Source: Thermotogota bacterium | Lineage (GTDB): Bacteria; Thermotogota; Thermotogae; Petrotogales; Kosmotogaceae | Assembly (NCBI GenBank): GCA_034660555.1 | Contig: JAYEJL010000038.1 | Coordinates: 1 to 19,052, forward strand | Reading direction: 5' to 3' | DNA length: 19,052 bases | Notes under the pieces: generated by a model | Database searches by the model: none | Told to the model about the DNA's origin: nothing | The model's input: only the letters and a program-made list of their open reading frames with translations | Position numbers and translations under genes: made by a program | Part shown: positions 1-8,021 of the stretch, one piece after another | Numbering within the stretch: the stretch's first letter is position 1 | How the letters are laid out: each line of letters opens with the position of its first letter

Positions 1-1
1 T

Positions 2-265
2 TCTGAAGAAATTCATTCTCCTGGAGTTATGACAAAATTGTTTGTAAATGTAGGAAAAAAACATAGCGTTAGAGTGGGTGACCTGGTCGGTGCAGTAACA
101 GGTGAAACTGGCCTTCCTGGAAAAGTTCTTGGAGACATTAAAATGCTAAAAAAACACAGCTACATAGAAGTTGAAAGCAATCAGGTAAATTCAGTATTGC
201 ATGCTTTGAACAATTGCAATATTAAGGGTAATAAAATAAAGGCAGAACTTTCAAGAGCTGTATAA
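2..265 (+). CDS. DEAD-box RNA helicase, C-terminal DbpA RNA-binding domain (5'-truncated by the window)
   Basis: The frame is open from position 2. KLFVNVGKKHSVRVGDLVGAVTGETGLPGKVLGDIKM..SYIEV matches the DbpA-type RRM of DeaD/CshA/DbpA helicases. Confidence 0.85.
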   Translation, partial: SEEIHSPGVMTKLFVNVGKKHSVRVGDLVGAVTGETGLPGKVLGDIKMLKKHSYIEVESNQVNSVLHALNNCNIKGNKIKAELSRAV

Positions 266-292
266 AAAATCCAACAACAAATAATAAATTAT

Positions 293-328
293 GCGACTTT
301 TATACCTGATGTATGAAAGTCGTTTTTT
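293..328 (+). terminator. Rho-independent terminator after the helicase
   Basis: Stem GCGACTTTTATAC / GTATGAAAGTCGT (two G-U pairs), 5-nt loop, followed by a T run. Confidence 0.8.
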
Positions 329-421
329 ATTACTCCCTATAGAGTAATTAATTTACTATGTTACCATTACTGTGAAGATTTTTATAGTTTCTTTTGGAAT
401 CTAAAGAGGAGATAAGCTCAA

Positions 422-1180
422 GTGGATTTTGAAAAATTATATGAAACTATCTTTAAAAGAAAGTCTATACGAAAGTTTAGTTATGAACAATTGGATAATA
501 ATACACTTGGTATTATCAAAAAGGCTTTTAATGAGACAAGACCGTTATTTTCATCGATCAATCTTGATATGAAAATCGTACCGTATAATTCTGTAAAAGG
601 ATTGCTTTTAGTAAAAGCACCACATTACCTGTTGTTATTTTCAGAAAATAAACCCGGATATTTATTAAATACAGGTTTTATTTTTGAGCAAATAGACTTA
701 TTCCTTTCTTCCAGTGGTGTTGGATCGTGCTGGCTTGGTTTAACCAAACCCAAAAAAGATCTCCTTGAAACATCATCTCTTGAATTTGTTATTACACTTG
801 CTGCTGGCAACCCTGAAGAAACAGTTCACAGAAAGAATATCTCGGAATTCAACAGAAAACCTCTGGATCAAATAAGTAAAGGAGATAAATTCCTTGATAT
901 TATTGAGGCTGCAAGGTTGTCTCCCTCAGCCACCAACAGTCAACCATGGTTTTTCATAACTAATGATAACCACATTCACTGTTATTGTATTAAACCGGGT
1001 TTAATGAAACGAATTATTTATAAGAAAATGAATAGAATCGATATGGGTATATCACTATGTCATCTATGGTTAGCTGGACTAAATAAGAGCATCAGAATCA
1101 GCTTTTACACTGATCCCGATGCTAAGGCAAATGCTCCTGATGGTTATTACTACATAAAATCAGTTACATTGAAACAATAA
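422..1180 (+). CDS. Nitroreductase family protein (TM1586-like, two-lobed)
   Basis: N-terminal RKSIRKF FMN-binding motif, GVGSCWLG, AARLSPSATNSQPW and IDMGISLCH. GAGGAG RBS upstream of a GTG start. Confidence 0.85.
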   Translation: MDFEKLYETIFKRKSIRKFSYEQLDNNTLGIIKKAFNETRPLFSSINLDMKIVPYNSVKGLLLVKAPHYLLLFSENKPGYLLNTGFIFEQIDLFLSSSGVGSCWLGLTKPKKDLLETSSLEFVITLAAGNPEETVHRKNISEFNRKPLDQISKGDKFLDIIEAARLSPSATNSQPWFFITNDNHIHCYCIKPGLMKRIIYKKMNRIDMGISLCHLWLAGLNKSIRISFYTDPDAKANAPDGYYYIKSVTLKQ

Positions 1181-1205
1181 AGTGCTTCTTTTTTTATGAG
1201 TATAA

Positions 1206-2597
1206 TCACCATTCAGTAAGTATTTTATAAAAAAGTGTCGCATAAATCTTTGTCAGTAACATCAAATCATCAATCAGAATTCTTTCATCAGGTTTATGTT
1301 CTGTTTCTTCTCTTCCAGGGAATAACGCTCCAAAGGCAACCGCATTAGTAACTGCTCTGGCATAGGTCCCCCCGCCAGTTGTTAGCAATTCAGCTTTTTT
1401 TCCTGTGACTTTTTCATATACCTCTGTAAGGAGTTTTACCAGCTCACTATCTGGAGATACATAATGAGGTTCGAGATGATGTCCCGCTACCACCTTCAAT
1501 CCTTTCAACGCTTCCTTCAATTGTAACTGAATTCTGGATTCATTAAAAAACACAGGATATCTAATGTTTATTACTGCTTTTATCAAGTTTTCTCTAAGCT
1601 CGAGTGTTCCAAGATTCAACGTTAATACACCTGACATATCGTCGCTTCCAGAAATACCCAGGCTTTTTCCGTCTGTTTCATAGCCTATTCTCTGGCTAAG
1701 TTTTTTGATAAATGCTTCAAGTTCGACATTATTTATTTCTAATTTGGAAAGTACCTTAAGAAGTGGAACTATGGCATTTTCTCCTCGATCAGGAGTTGAT
1801 CCATGCGCCGATACACCTTCAACATTAATTACGAGTTCACTATTGTTTTCTTCCACTGTGAGCTTAGCTTTATTCTCAGGCGTGTAGTTTTTGATAATTT
1901 CTACTGCCCTATCATCAACTCCCTCAAGAACAGCTTTGGCCTTTGAAGGGACCATATTTGAAGCATTACCACCTGAAAGCTCTTTTATTTTTATTCCTTC
2001 TTTACTGTTCGCGCATTCAGTACTAATTTCATAATTTACTATACCCTTTTCTGCATATATCAGAGGAAATGCCGCGTCAGGTGTCACTGCCATCTGTGGT
2101 TTTTCTTCATGTTTAAAGTATTCTGTTATTCCACCCCAACCACTTTCTTCATTTGTTCCCAGGATTATCCTTATTTTGTTTTTTGGATCAACACCAAGCT
2201 CCTTTATGGCTTTTAAGGCATATATGGATGCAATAGTTGGGCCTTTATCATCTATTACTCCACGTCCATATATATATCCCTCTTTGATAGTTCCATCAAA
2301 GGGATCGACACTCCATCCATCGCCAGCAGGAACAACATCCAGATGACCGAGAACACCAAAAAGCTTCCCTTTATTGCCGAACTGAATATGCCCAGCATAA
2401 CCATCAACACGGTCTGTTTCGAATCCCATATCCTCTGCAAGTTTCAGTGTGTAATTCAATGCTTTGTTTACCTCATTACCAAAGGGAGCCTTTTCTTCTG
2501 GTTCACTTCTAACAGAGGGAATTTTAACTACTTTTTTTATAGAAGTTAACAATTCCTCTTTGTTAGAGTTCAAGATCTTTTCCAGTTCTTCATTCAT
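1206..2597 (-). CDS. pepV: M20 family metallo-dipeptidase (PepV/Sapep type)
   Basis: GHLDVVP, GRGVIDDKGP, NEESG, AHGSTP and GGGTYAR motifs. GGGAGG RBS favours the ATG at 2597 (MNEELEK). Confidence 0.88.
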   Translation of the reverse strand: MNEELEKILNSNKEELLTSIKKVVKIPSVRSEPEEKAPFGNEVNKALNYTLKLAEDMGFETDRVDGYAGHIQFGNKGKLFGVLGHLDVVPAGDGWSVDPFDGTIKEGYIYGRGVIDDKGPTIASIYALKAIKELGVDPKNKIRIILGTNEESGWGGITEYFKHEEKPQMAVTPDAAFPLIYAEKGIVNYEISTECANSKEGIKIKELSGGNASNMVPSKAKAVLEGVDDRAVEIIKNYTPENKAKLTVEENNSELVINVEGVSAHGSTPDRGENAIVPLLKVLSKLEINNVELEAFIKKLSQRIGYETDGKSLGISGSDDMSGVLTLNLGTLELRENLIKAVINIRYPVFFNESRIQLQLKEALKGLKVVAGHHLEPHYVSPDSELVKLLTEVYEKVTGKKAELLTTGGGTYARAVTNAVAFGALFPGREETEHKPDERILIDDLMLLTKIYATLFYKILTEW

Positions 2598-2682
2598 ATC
2601 TATCCCTCCCATTCTAAACTCATTATATTATCTCATAATTTATCGGTTATCTTCTAAATACAACGGTAATATTATAAGTGAT

Positions 2683-2712
2683 TTGTATATATTTAATTAT
2701 ATTTGTTATAAT
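2683..2712 (+). promoter_or_regulatory. Candidate sigma70 promoter for the diguanylate cyclase
   Basis: TTGTAT-18 bp-TATAAT with an extended TG. The region is very AT-rich, so chance matches are possible. Confidence 0.45.
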
Positions 2713-2792
2713 ATTACTATTATATTTTAATTTTAATCAATTGAACTAATCTTTGAATTCATGTGGTATTATACATTTGGAGGAACTTTGAG

Positions 2793-4505
2793 ATGAGCAA
2801 AAAGGGCTACCTCTTTCTAAATACTGTTTTGGGCATTATGTCAATCTTGCTCGCTGTTTGGTTGTTATTAACAACCCAAACCCTAACATTTCCTCTTGCT
2901 ATAATACCTTTGCTGGCTTTCTTTTTACTGGCCGATTTTATTCCGATAAGGACCAAGGATTTTTCTGTTATTAGTAACTTTGCAGGAATAATACCTTTAA
3001 TAATATTCTGGGACCCATACCTTGCACCCTTCGCAAGTTTGTTGCTTTTTTTCAAACCCGTGAGTGGAGAAAAACTAAAAACACATAGAAAGATATATCG
3101 TGTACTAAACTATTTTCTGACCTATGGTCTCGCAGCTTATCTAGTAGATTGGACAGGAAATTTCTATATATCACTTATTTTCTTTGCTCTCATCGCAAGG
3201 GTTGTTAGTATAATCACAGCCGATATTCTGTACAGCTTTGTTCTTGGCAGAGTGAAACTTAACAAAACAACTCTAATCGTAGACCTTATTGAGTTCGCTT
3301 ATTTCGTTTTTCTGGCAGTTTATGGTGGAATAATGTGGAACCTTTACGAAATGGGTAGAAATCTTGAAACAGCTCTCGTTTTTCTCTTATTTCCCGCTAC
3401 AACACTTGGTCTATGGAAATTTGTTCAGTTTATTAATTTATCATATGAAAAGGAAGAAACCCTAAAACGAATTGGTTCTTTAAGGAATAAATTATCGAAG
3501 ACACTGGAAATGATCTCACTTGTTCGATCCGATTCTAACTTTCAAAGTATATTGAATCAAATAGCTTCAATCATTAACAATTCAATAGGCTATAAATATG
3601 TTTTGATTAATCTTTTTGATAAAGAAAACAACAAAGTTGAGAGGGTTGCACAGGCAGGTATTGAATCTGACGAATTCACAAAATTGAAGGATAGGTCTCC
3701 AAAAATAAACGATATAAAACAATTCTTTGACGAAAATTTCAGAGTTGGCAGATCGTTTTTCATACCTGAAGGTGCAAAGGAACTTGATACCACATACACA
3801 TACCAGGGTGATTATGATGAGCTCATCGCAGGTCAGGGAGAATGGTGCCCTAACGATCTTTTAATAATACCCATTGTGAATAAATCTGATACCATTGGAT
3901 ACATATCTGTAGATGCCCCACTTGACGGTCGTAGACCACACTATGAGGATATTGAAATACTGGAAATAATTGCGGACATTGTGCTTCGTGTTCTTGAAGA
4001 AGGACAGAAGTATAGAAGACTGGTTATGGCAAGTAAAATTGATTCAGCCACCGGTTTATACAATCACACAGAATTTTTCGTTATTCTTGAAAAGCTTCTG
4101 GAAACCTCTGATGAACAATTCTCATTGATCATGATGGATCTGGACAATTTCAAATTGCTGAATGATTCCTATGGTCACATCATTGGAGATAAAATAATTG
4201 AACAGGTAGCAAATGTTATCAAGAAGAATCTCAGAAAAATCGATATAGGAGCACGCTACGGTGGTGATGAATTCTGCATTATCGCTGTAGGTTCAGATAA
4301 AGGAGAAGCCATAAAGGTTGCTTCTAGAATAGCTGAAAAAATCAGATACATCGAAGTTGATGCTATAAAAGCACAAATTTCATGCAGTATCGGTATTTCA
4401 TCATACCCTGCTGATGGTCAAACATCAACGGAACTCGTAGAAAAAGCAGACAAAGCATTATACACCGCAAAACAAAGAGGTAAAGATAGAATCTACGCTA
4501 TTTAG
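2793..4505 (+). CDS. Membrane-anchored sensor diguanylate cyclase (multi-TM + GAF + GGDEF)
   Basis: About 210 aa hydrophobic N-terminus, then a GAF-like region (LLIIPI..IGYISVD). The GGDEF domain has DSATGLYN, MMDLDNFKLLNDSYGH and ARYGGDEF (4260-4274), with an RxxD I-site (RKID). GGAGG RBS favours ATG 2793. Confidence 0.92.
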   Translation: MSKKGYLFLNTVLGIMSILLAVWLLLTTQTLTFPLAIIPLLAFFLLADFIPIRTKDFSVISNFAGIIPLIIFWDPYLAPFASLLLFFKPVSGEKLKTHRKIYRVLNYFLTYGLAAYLVDWTGNFYISLIFFALIARVVSIITADILYSFVLGRVKLNKTTLIVDLIEFAYFVFLAVYGGIMWNLYEMGRNLETALVFLLFPATTLGLWKFVQFINLSYEKEETLKRIGSLRNKLSKTLEMISLVRSDSNFQSILNQIASIINNSIGYKYVLINLFDKENNKVERVAQAGIESDEFTKLKDRSPKINDIKQFFDENFRVGRSFFIPEGAKELDTTYTYQGDYDELIAGQGEWCPNDLLIIPIVNKSDTIGYISVDAPLDGRRPHYEDIEILEIIADIVLRVLEEGQKYRRLVMASKIDSATGLYNHTEFFVILEKLLETSDEQFSLIMMDLDNFKLLNDSYGHIIGDKIIEQVANVIKKNLRKIDIGARYGGDEFCIIAVGSDKGEAIKVASRIAEKIRYIEVDAIKAQISCSIGISSYPADGQTSTELVEKADKALYTAKQRGKDRIYAI

Positions 4506-5922
4506 CTGTTACCAATACCTTTTCAAATGACTCCACTACAACAGGATCGAATTTCTTCCCTTTCTCTTTACGTATCTTTTCCAATGCTTTTTCCATACTT
4601 TTCCCCTCACCACAGGGTTCTGGCAGCACATAAGCCATATAACTGGAAATTAAGGATACAATCTTGGATCTTAAAGACAGCTTTTCTCCTTTAAGTCCAT
4701 CAGGAAAACCTTTCCCATCATAGCGTTCATGATGTTGTCTGACGATATCACATACAAGCTCGAAGTCACCGATTCTTTTGAACATTTCTTCTCCATAAAT
4801 AGGATGCTTAAGATAAGTTTCGTCATTAATATCTCGTTCTTTATACTCAGAATTCCTTACATAAATAATTCCCAGATCCACTGCCAGCAAACCGAGTTCA
4901 ATGGACTCCAACTCTTCTTTGGAAGCAATTCCCAGTTCCTGAGCGGTTAGAATTGCCAGTTCAGTGAAATATCCAATATCTATTTCACAATCAAATATCC
5001 TTTTATAAATACTTGAAGAAAACTCCCGCATCAAGTTTTTGACCTTTAAATAATTCTTCTCTTTAAGTGTAGAAATTTCCAGTTTCAATTTCTCGATATT
5101 TTTCTTTAGGGAATGAATATCATCTTCATTTTTGGTTTTTGCGTAGCGTAATTCATCGACAAACTTGTTCAATGAATCTATTTCCTCTATATTACTTGAA
5201 AAACTTTCTCTTTGCCTTTTGACCACACCAATACCTTTTAAAATTTCTTCCAAAGTCGACGAAGCTTTGTCTAAAAAGCTTTCAGCATACCAAAAGCTAA
5301 GAAATAAGGCAAGTGTTCCAGTAAAAACGATCAAGAAGAACTCTGGTGGAAAGATATATCCGACACCAAGCGTCAGATCACCTGTAAGACTGTACTTATA
5401 GTAATATACCAATCTGTTTTCTGTAAAATCAAGAGTGCGTGGTTCTTCTGATGCACTTCCCTGAATCGACGTGTTCAAAACATTTCCATTAGAATCTGCA
5501 AGATACCATAAAACATCCTTTGAGACTGAAAAAATTGGCGTTATCATTCTTAGAGGAACTTCAACAAGAACTTTTCCATCCTCTGAATCAATGACTTTTT
5601 TGAATGTGTTATCGTATATAAACAATCCCTTACCAAAAGCTATTTGTTCTCCGGAAAAAAGCTTTTCTAAAACTATTCCTGAAACCTTTCCGTCTTCTAC
5701 AGGATTGGTGCACACTCTACTATCATAAATGTTATTGAATTCATTATTTAGTCGTTGAACAAACTCTTCTTTGTAACGCAAAGTATAGGTTTCCGAGAAA
5801 CTCATAAATGTAAAAACCATTGCAACCAAAAAACCAGCAATTAAAAATGCAATGATAATCCTAATTAATGCTTTTGTTATGTTTATTCCATGAAGGCTTT
5901 TCTTTAAACTTATTCTTCCCAA
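4498..5922 (-). CDS. Membrane protein (2 TM, extracytoplasmic domain, coiled coil) with a degenerate HD-GYP domain
   Basis: HHERYDGKGFPDGLKGE and FDPVVVESF are HD-GYP signatures, but the HD dyad reads VD (LAVDLG). Two hydrophobic segments flank an external domain. TTG start with a GGAGG RBS inside the upstream gene. Confidence 0.85.
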   Translation of the reverse strand: MGRISLKKSLHGINITKALIRIIIAFLIAGFLVAMVFTFMSFSETYTLRYKEEFVQRLNNEFNNIYDSRVCTNPVEDGKVSGIVLEKLFSGEQIAFGKGLFIYDNTFKKVIDSEDGKVLVEVPLRMITPIFSVSKDVLWYLADSNGNVLNTSIQGSASEEPRTLDFTENRLVYYYKYSLTGDLTLGVGYIFPPEFFLIVFTGTLALFLSFWYAESFLDKASSTLEEILKGIGVVKRQRESFSSNIEEIDSLNKFVDELRYAKTKNEDDIHSLKKNIEKLKLEISTLKEKNYLKVKNLMREFSSSIYKRIFDCEIDIGYFTELAILTAQELGIASKEELESIELGLLAVDLGIIYVRNSEYKERDINDETYLKHPIYGEEMFKRIGDFELVCDIVRQHHERYDGKGFPDGLKGEKLSLRSKIVSLISSYMAYVLPEPCGEGKSMEKALEKIRKEKGKKFDPVVVESFEKVLVTAK

Positions 5923-6917
5923 ATTTCCGTATCCTCCAATTCTACAATCTGAAAGTCTTTGACACTAAAGAAAGATTCTGAAATACTAAACTCTCCATCA
6001 TAGCCTTCAAAATATTCTTCTTTAACTTCATTGAATGCTCTTTCAAGATCATAACCATAATTGGATGTTATATAGTTGGCAACAACAAGAGCATTGTATG
6101 TTCCAACAAAATTTATCGATCTTGCTTTCTTTTCAGGTACAGGAGCAATTGGTACGTAAAGCTTCAAATCTTTTATCACTTCTCTATCAAATAATTTTAG
6201 ATCTTCATTAAAAGCGTATTCAGTAGCGTAAAAGTTACCGTCATAACCTTCCTTACGTAGCTTGGACATTAAAATTCCTGTCGATAATGCATCACTGAAC
6301 GATACTATTCCATCACAATCTTTCATATCTTCACTTACCTTTATTTCATTTCTATTGCCAATCTTCAACACACCTTTAATTTTTCCATTGTATTCAAGTT
6401 TGAAGTGATCAAAAATTTCATTACAGTAAGTCTCGTTGATTGTATCTACAAGAACATAAACACTCCAGATATTAGCCCTTTCTATGGTTCTGGCCAATCT
6501 ATTTGCTTTTAAGCTATTTGGGAGACTCATTGTAATAAATCTTCCATTGAAGCCCACAATTGATCCTGATGTAACTGTTGGAGAAATTACAAAAATATTT
6601 TCATTATTTCTCATGTAGGGTAAAAGCTGATTTGCATCTTCACTGGTTCTAGGTCCAATAATCAATAAAGGTTTTTCATCAGATAATTCTTCTGTTATAT
6701 TTTCAATATTGCCCCTTTCGTAATAATAAACAGGTATATTACTGTAAAATGAGTTTTTTTCACTGAACTCAACAAGTGCATCTTCCATTTCTTTGCTTCC
6801 ATCACTTATTATTATTACGTTAGGTTCATTTAGAAAAAACACAACGGAAATCACCGAAAGAAATAAAATAAAAACAATAATTAATATAAACAGGCGGTTT
6901 TTGTTAAAGAACTTCAT
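5910..6917 (-). CDS. Type I periplasmic-binding-fold protein (LivJ/LivK-like), N-terminally anchored
   Basis: LIIGPRTSEDA..LLP..FVISPTVTS signature and an N-terminal hydrophobic helix. AGGTGA RBS favours ATG 6917 (MKFFNK). Confidence 0.72.
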   Translation of the reverse strand: MKFFNKNRLFILIIVFILFLSVISVVFFLNEPNVIIISDGSKEMEDALVEFSEKNSFYSNIPVYYYERGNIENITEELSDEKPLLIIGPRTSEDANQLLPYMRNNENIFVISPTVTSGSIVGFNGRFITMSLPNSLKANRLARTIERANIWSVYVLVDTINETYCNEIFDHFKLEYNGKIKGVLKIGNRNEIKVSEDMKDCDGIVSFSDALSTGILMSKLRKEGYDGNFYATEYAFNEDLKLFDREVIKDLKLYVPIAPVPEKKARSINFVGTYNALVVANYITSNYGYDLERAFNEVKEEYFEGYDGEFSISESFFSVKDFQIVELEDTEIWEE

Positions 6918-6918
6918 C

Positions 6919-7905
6919 TTAATCACCTACTGGTTTGGGATTGAAGAAACGCACGCTTTTATTTGAAGAACCATCTGCTTTAAAACCAATAATATCTGCG
7001 TATCCTTCAAATGAATATTCATCTGGCGAAGTGAAAAACTCTTCAGGATTTATATTTTTTTCATATATCACTTCTACTACTTTGAAGGCTTCGTATCCAC
7101 CTATATAATTAGGATCCATTTCTTCTGCTGAAATTCCAGGAGATACTGCCAACCCAACTTTTACTTTACTCACATATTGTCCACCATATTCATAGAAATC
7201 AGTTCCCACTGAATAATCAACAGCATAGTATTTTAAAGCTGACATATGTTTCTCCAGTCTTTTCAACATTACACCAGTTTTTTTGGGGTTCATAATCATA
7301 AGGGCTGCATCCGCCTCGGTAGCCATTTCAAGAGGAATTTCCGTATTAAAGGGATCATCTACGGATATTACTTCAAGTACTTCCCCTATAAATTTCTCGC
7401 TGAAAAATTCAGCAAAGTAGTCATTGTAAAGCTTATTAACCGTCCCTTTAAATATTATCACCTTGGTAATGCCATCTCCAGCTACTTCTTTGGCAAAAGC
7501 CTTAACAATAAGATCATCTGAAACACCCATTGTACAGAAACGATTGCTTTTTCCAATTACGAAGGGTGAGGTTACAGCAGATGCAATTGCATACAGGTCA
7601 TAATCTTCTAATAGCGGAATCAAAGAAGAAGCATGTGAACTTGTCTTCGGCCCAATGATAATTTCTATTCCTTCGTTAACGAATTTTTTTATTGTTTCTT
7701 TAAAATCTCCATTATGTATTGTTTGTGTCATTATTTCAATATTAGAATTGCTATCACTTTTTGCATCTTCAACACCCTGTAAAGTTCTTGAGCCCACCTC
7801 GTATAGAACGCCAATAACAGGACGCTTAAGGCCCGTGTAAATAAAATAGAATGAGATAGCAGCCATTATCACAAGAAGAATTGTTATTAACCTTTTACCA
7901 AACAT
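6919..7905 (-). CDS. Type I periplasmic-binding-fold protein (LivJ/LivK-like), N-terminally anchored; paralog of the downstream gene
   Basis: IIIGPKTSSHA..LIP..YAIASAVTS signature, N-terminal hydrophobic helix and AAGGA RBS. Confidence 0.75.
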   Translation of the reverse strand: MFGKRLITILLVIMAAISFYFIYTGLKRPVIGVLYEVGSRTLQGVEDAKSDSNSNIEIMTQTIHNGDFKETIKKFVNEGIEIIIGPKTSSHASSLIPLLEDYDLYAIASAVTSPFVIGKSNRFCTMGVSDDLIVKAFAKEVAGDGITKVIIFKGTVNKLYNDYFAEFFSEKFIGEVLEVISVDDPFNTEIPLEMATEADAALMIMNPKKTGVMLKRLEKHMSALKYYAVDYSVGTDFYEYGGQYVSKVKVGLAVSPGISAEEMDPNYIGGYEAFKVVEVIYEKNINPEEFFTSPDEYSFEGYADIIGFKADGSSNKSVRFFNPKPVGD

Positions 7906-7972
7906 TATATTTTAATCCTTTTTCGAAACATAGTAATTGTATTATATAATAAATTTAATCATATACTTAAAT

Positions 7973-8002
7973 AAAAAACTGACCAGCTTTTGCTGGTCAG
8001 TT
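7973..8002 (-). terminator. Rho-independent terminator downstream of the arcE-like gene
   Basis: Perfect 11-bp inverted repeat AACTGACCAGC-TTTT-GCTGGTCAGTT with a U tract on the minus strand. Confidence 0.88.
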
Positions 8003-8021
8003 GATTTAATGATTATTTCGT

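Noticed and set aside
5910..7905. Branched-chain amino acid ABC transporter operon
   Set aside because: No permease or ATPase gene is present; the only coupled gene is the HD-GYP-like membrane protein.
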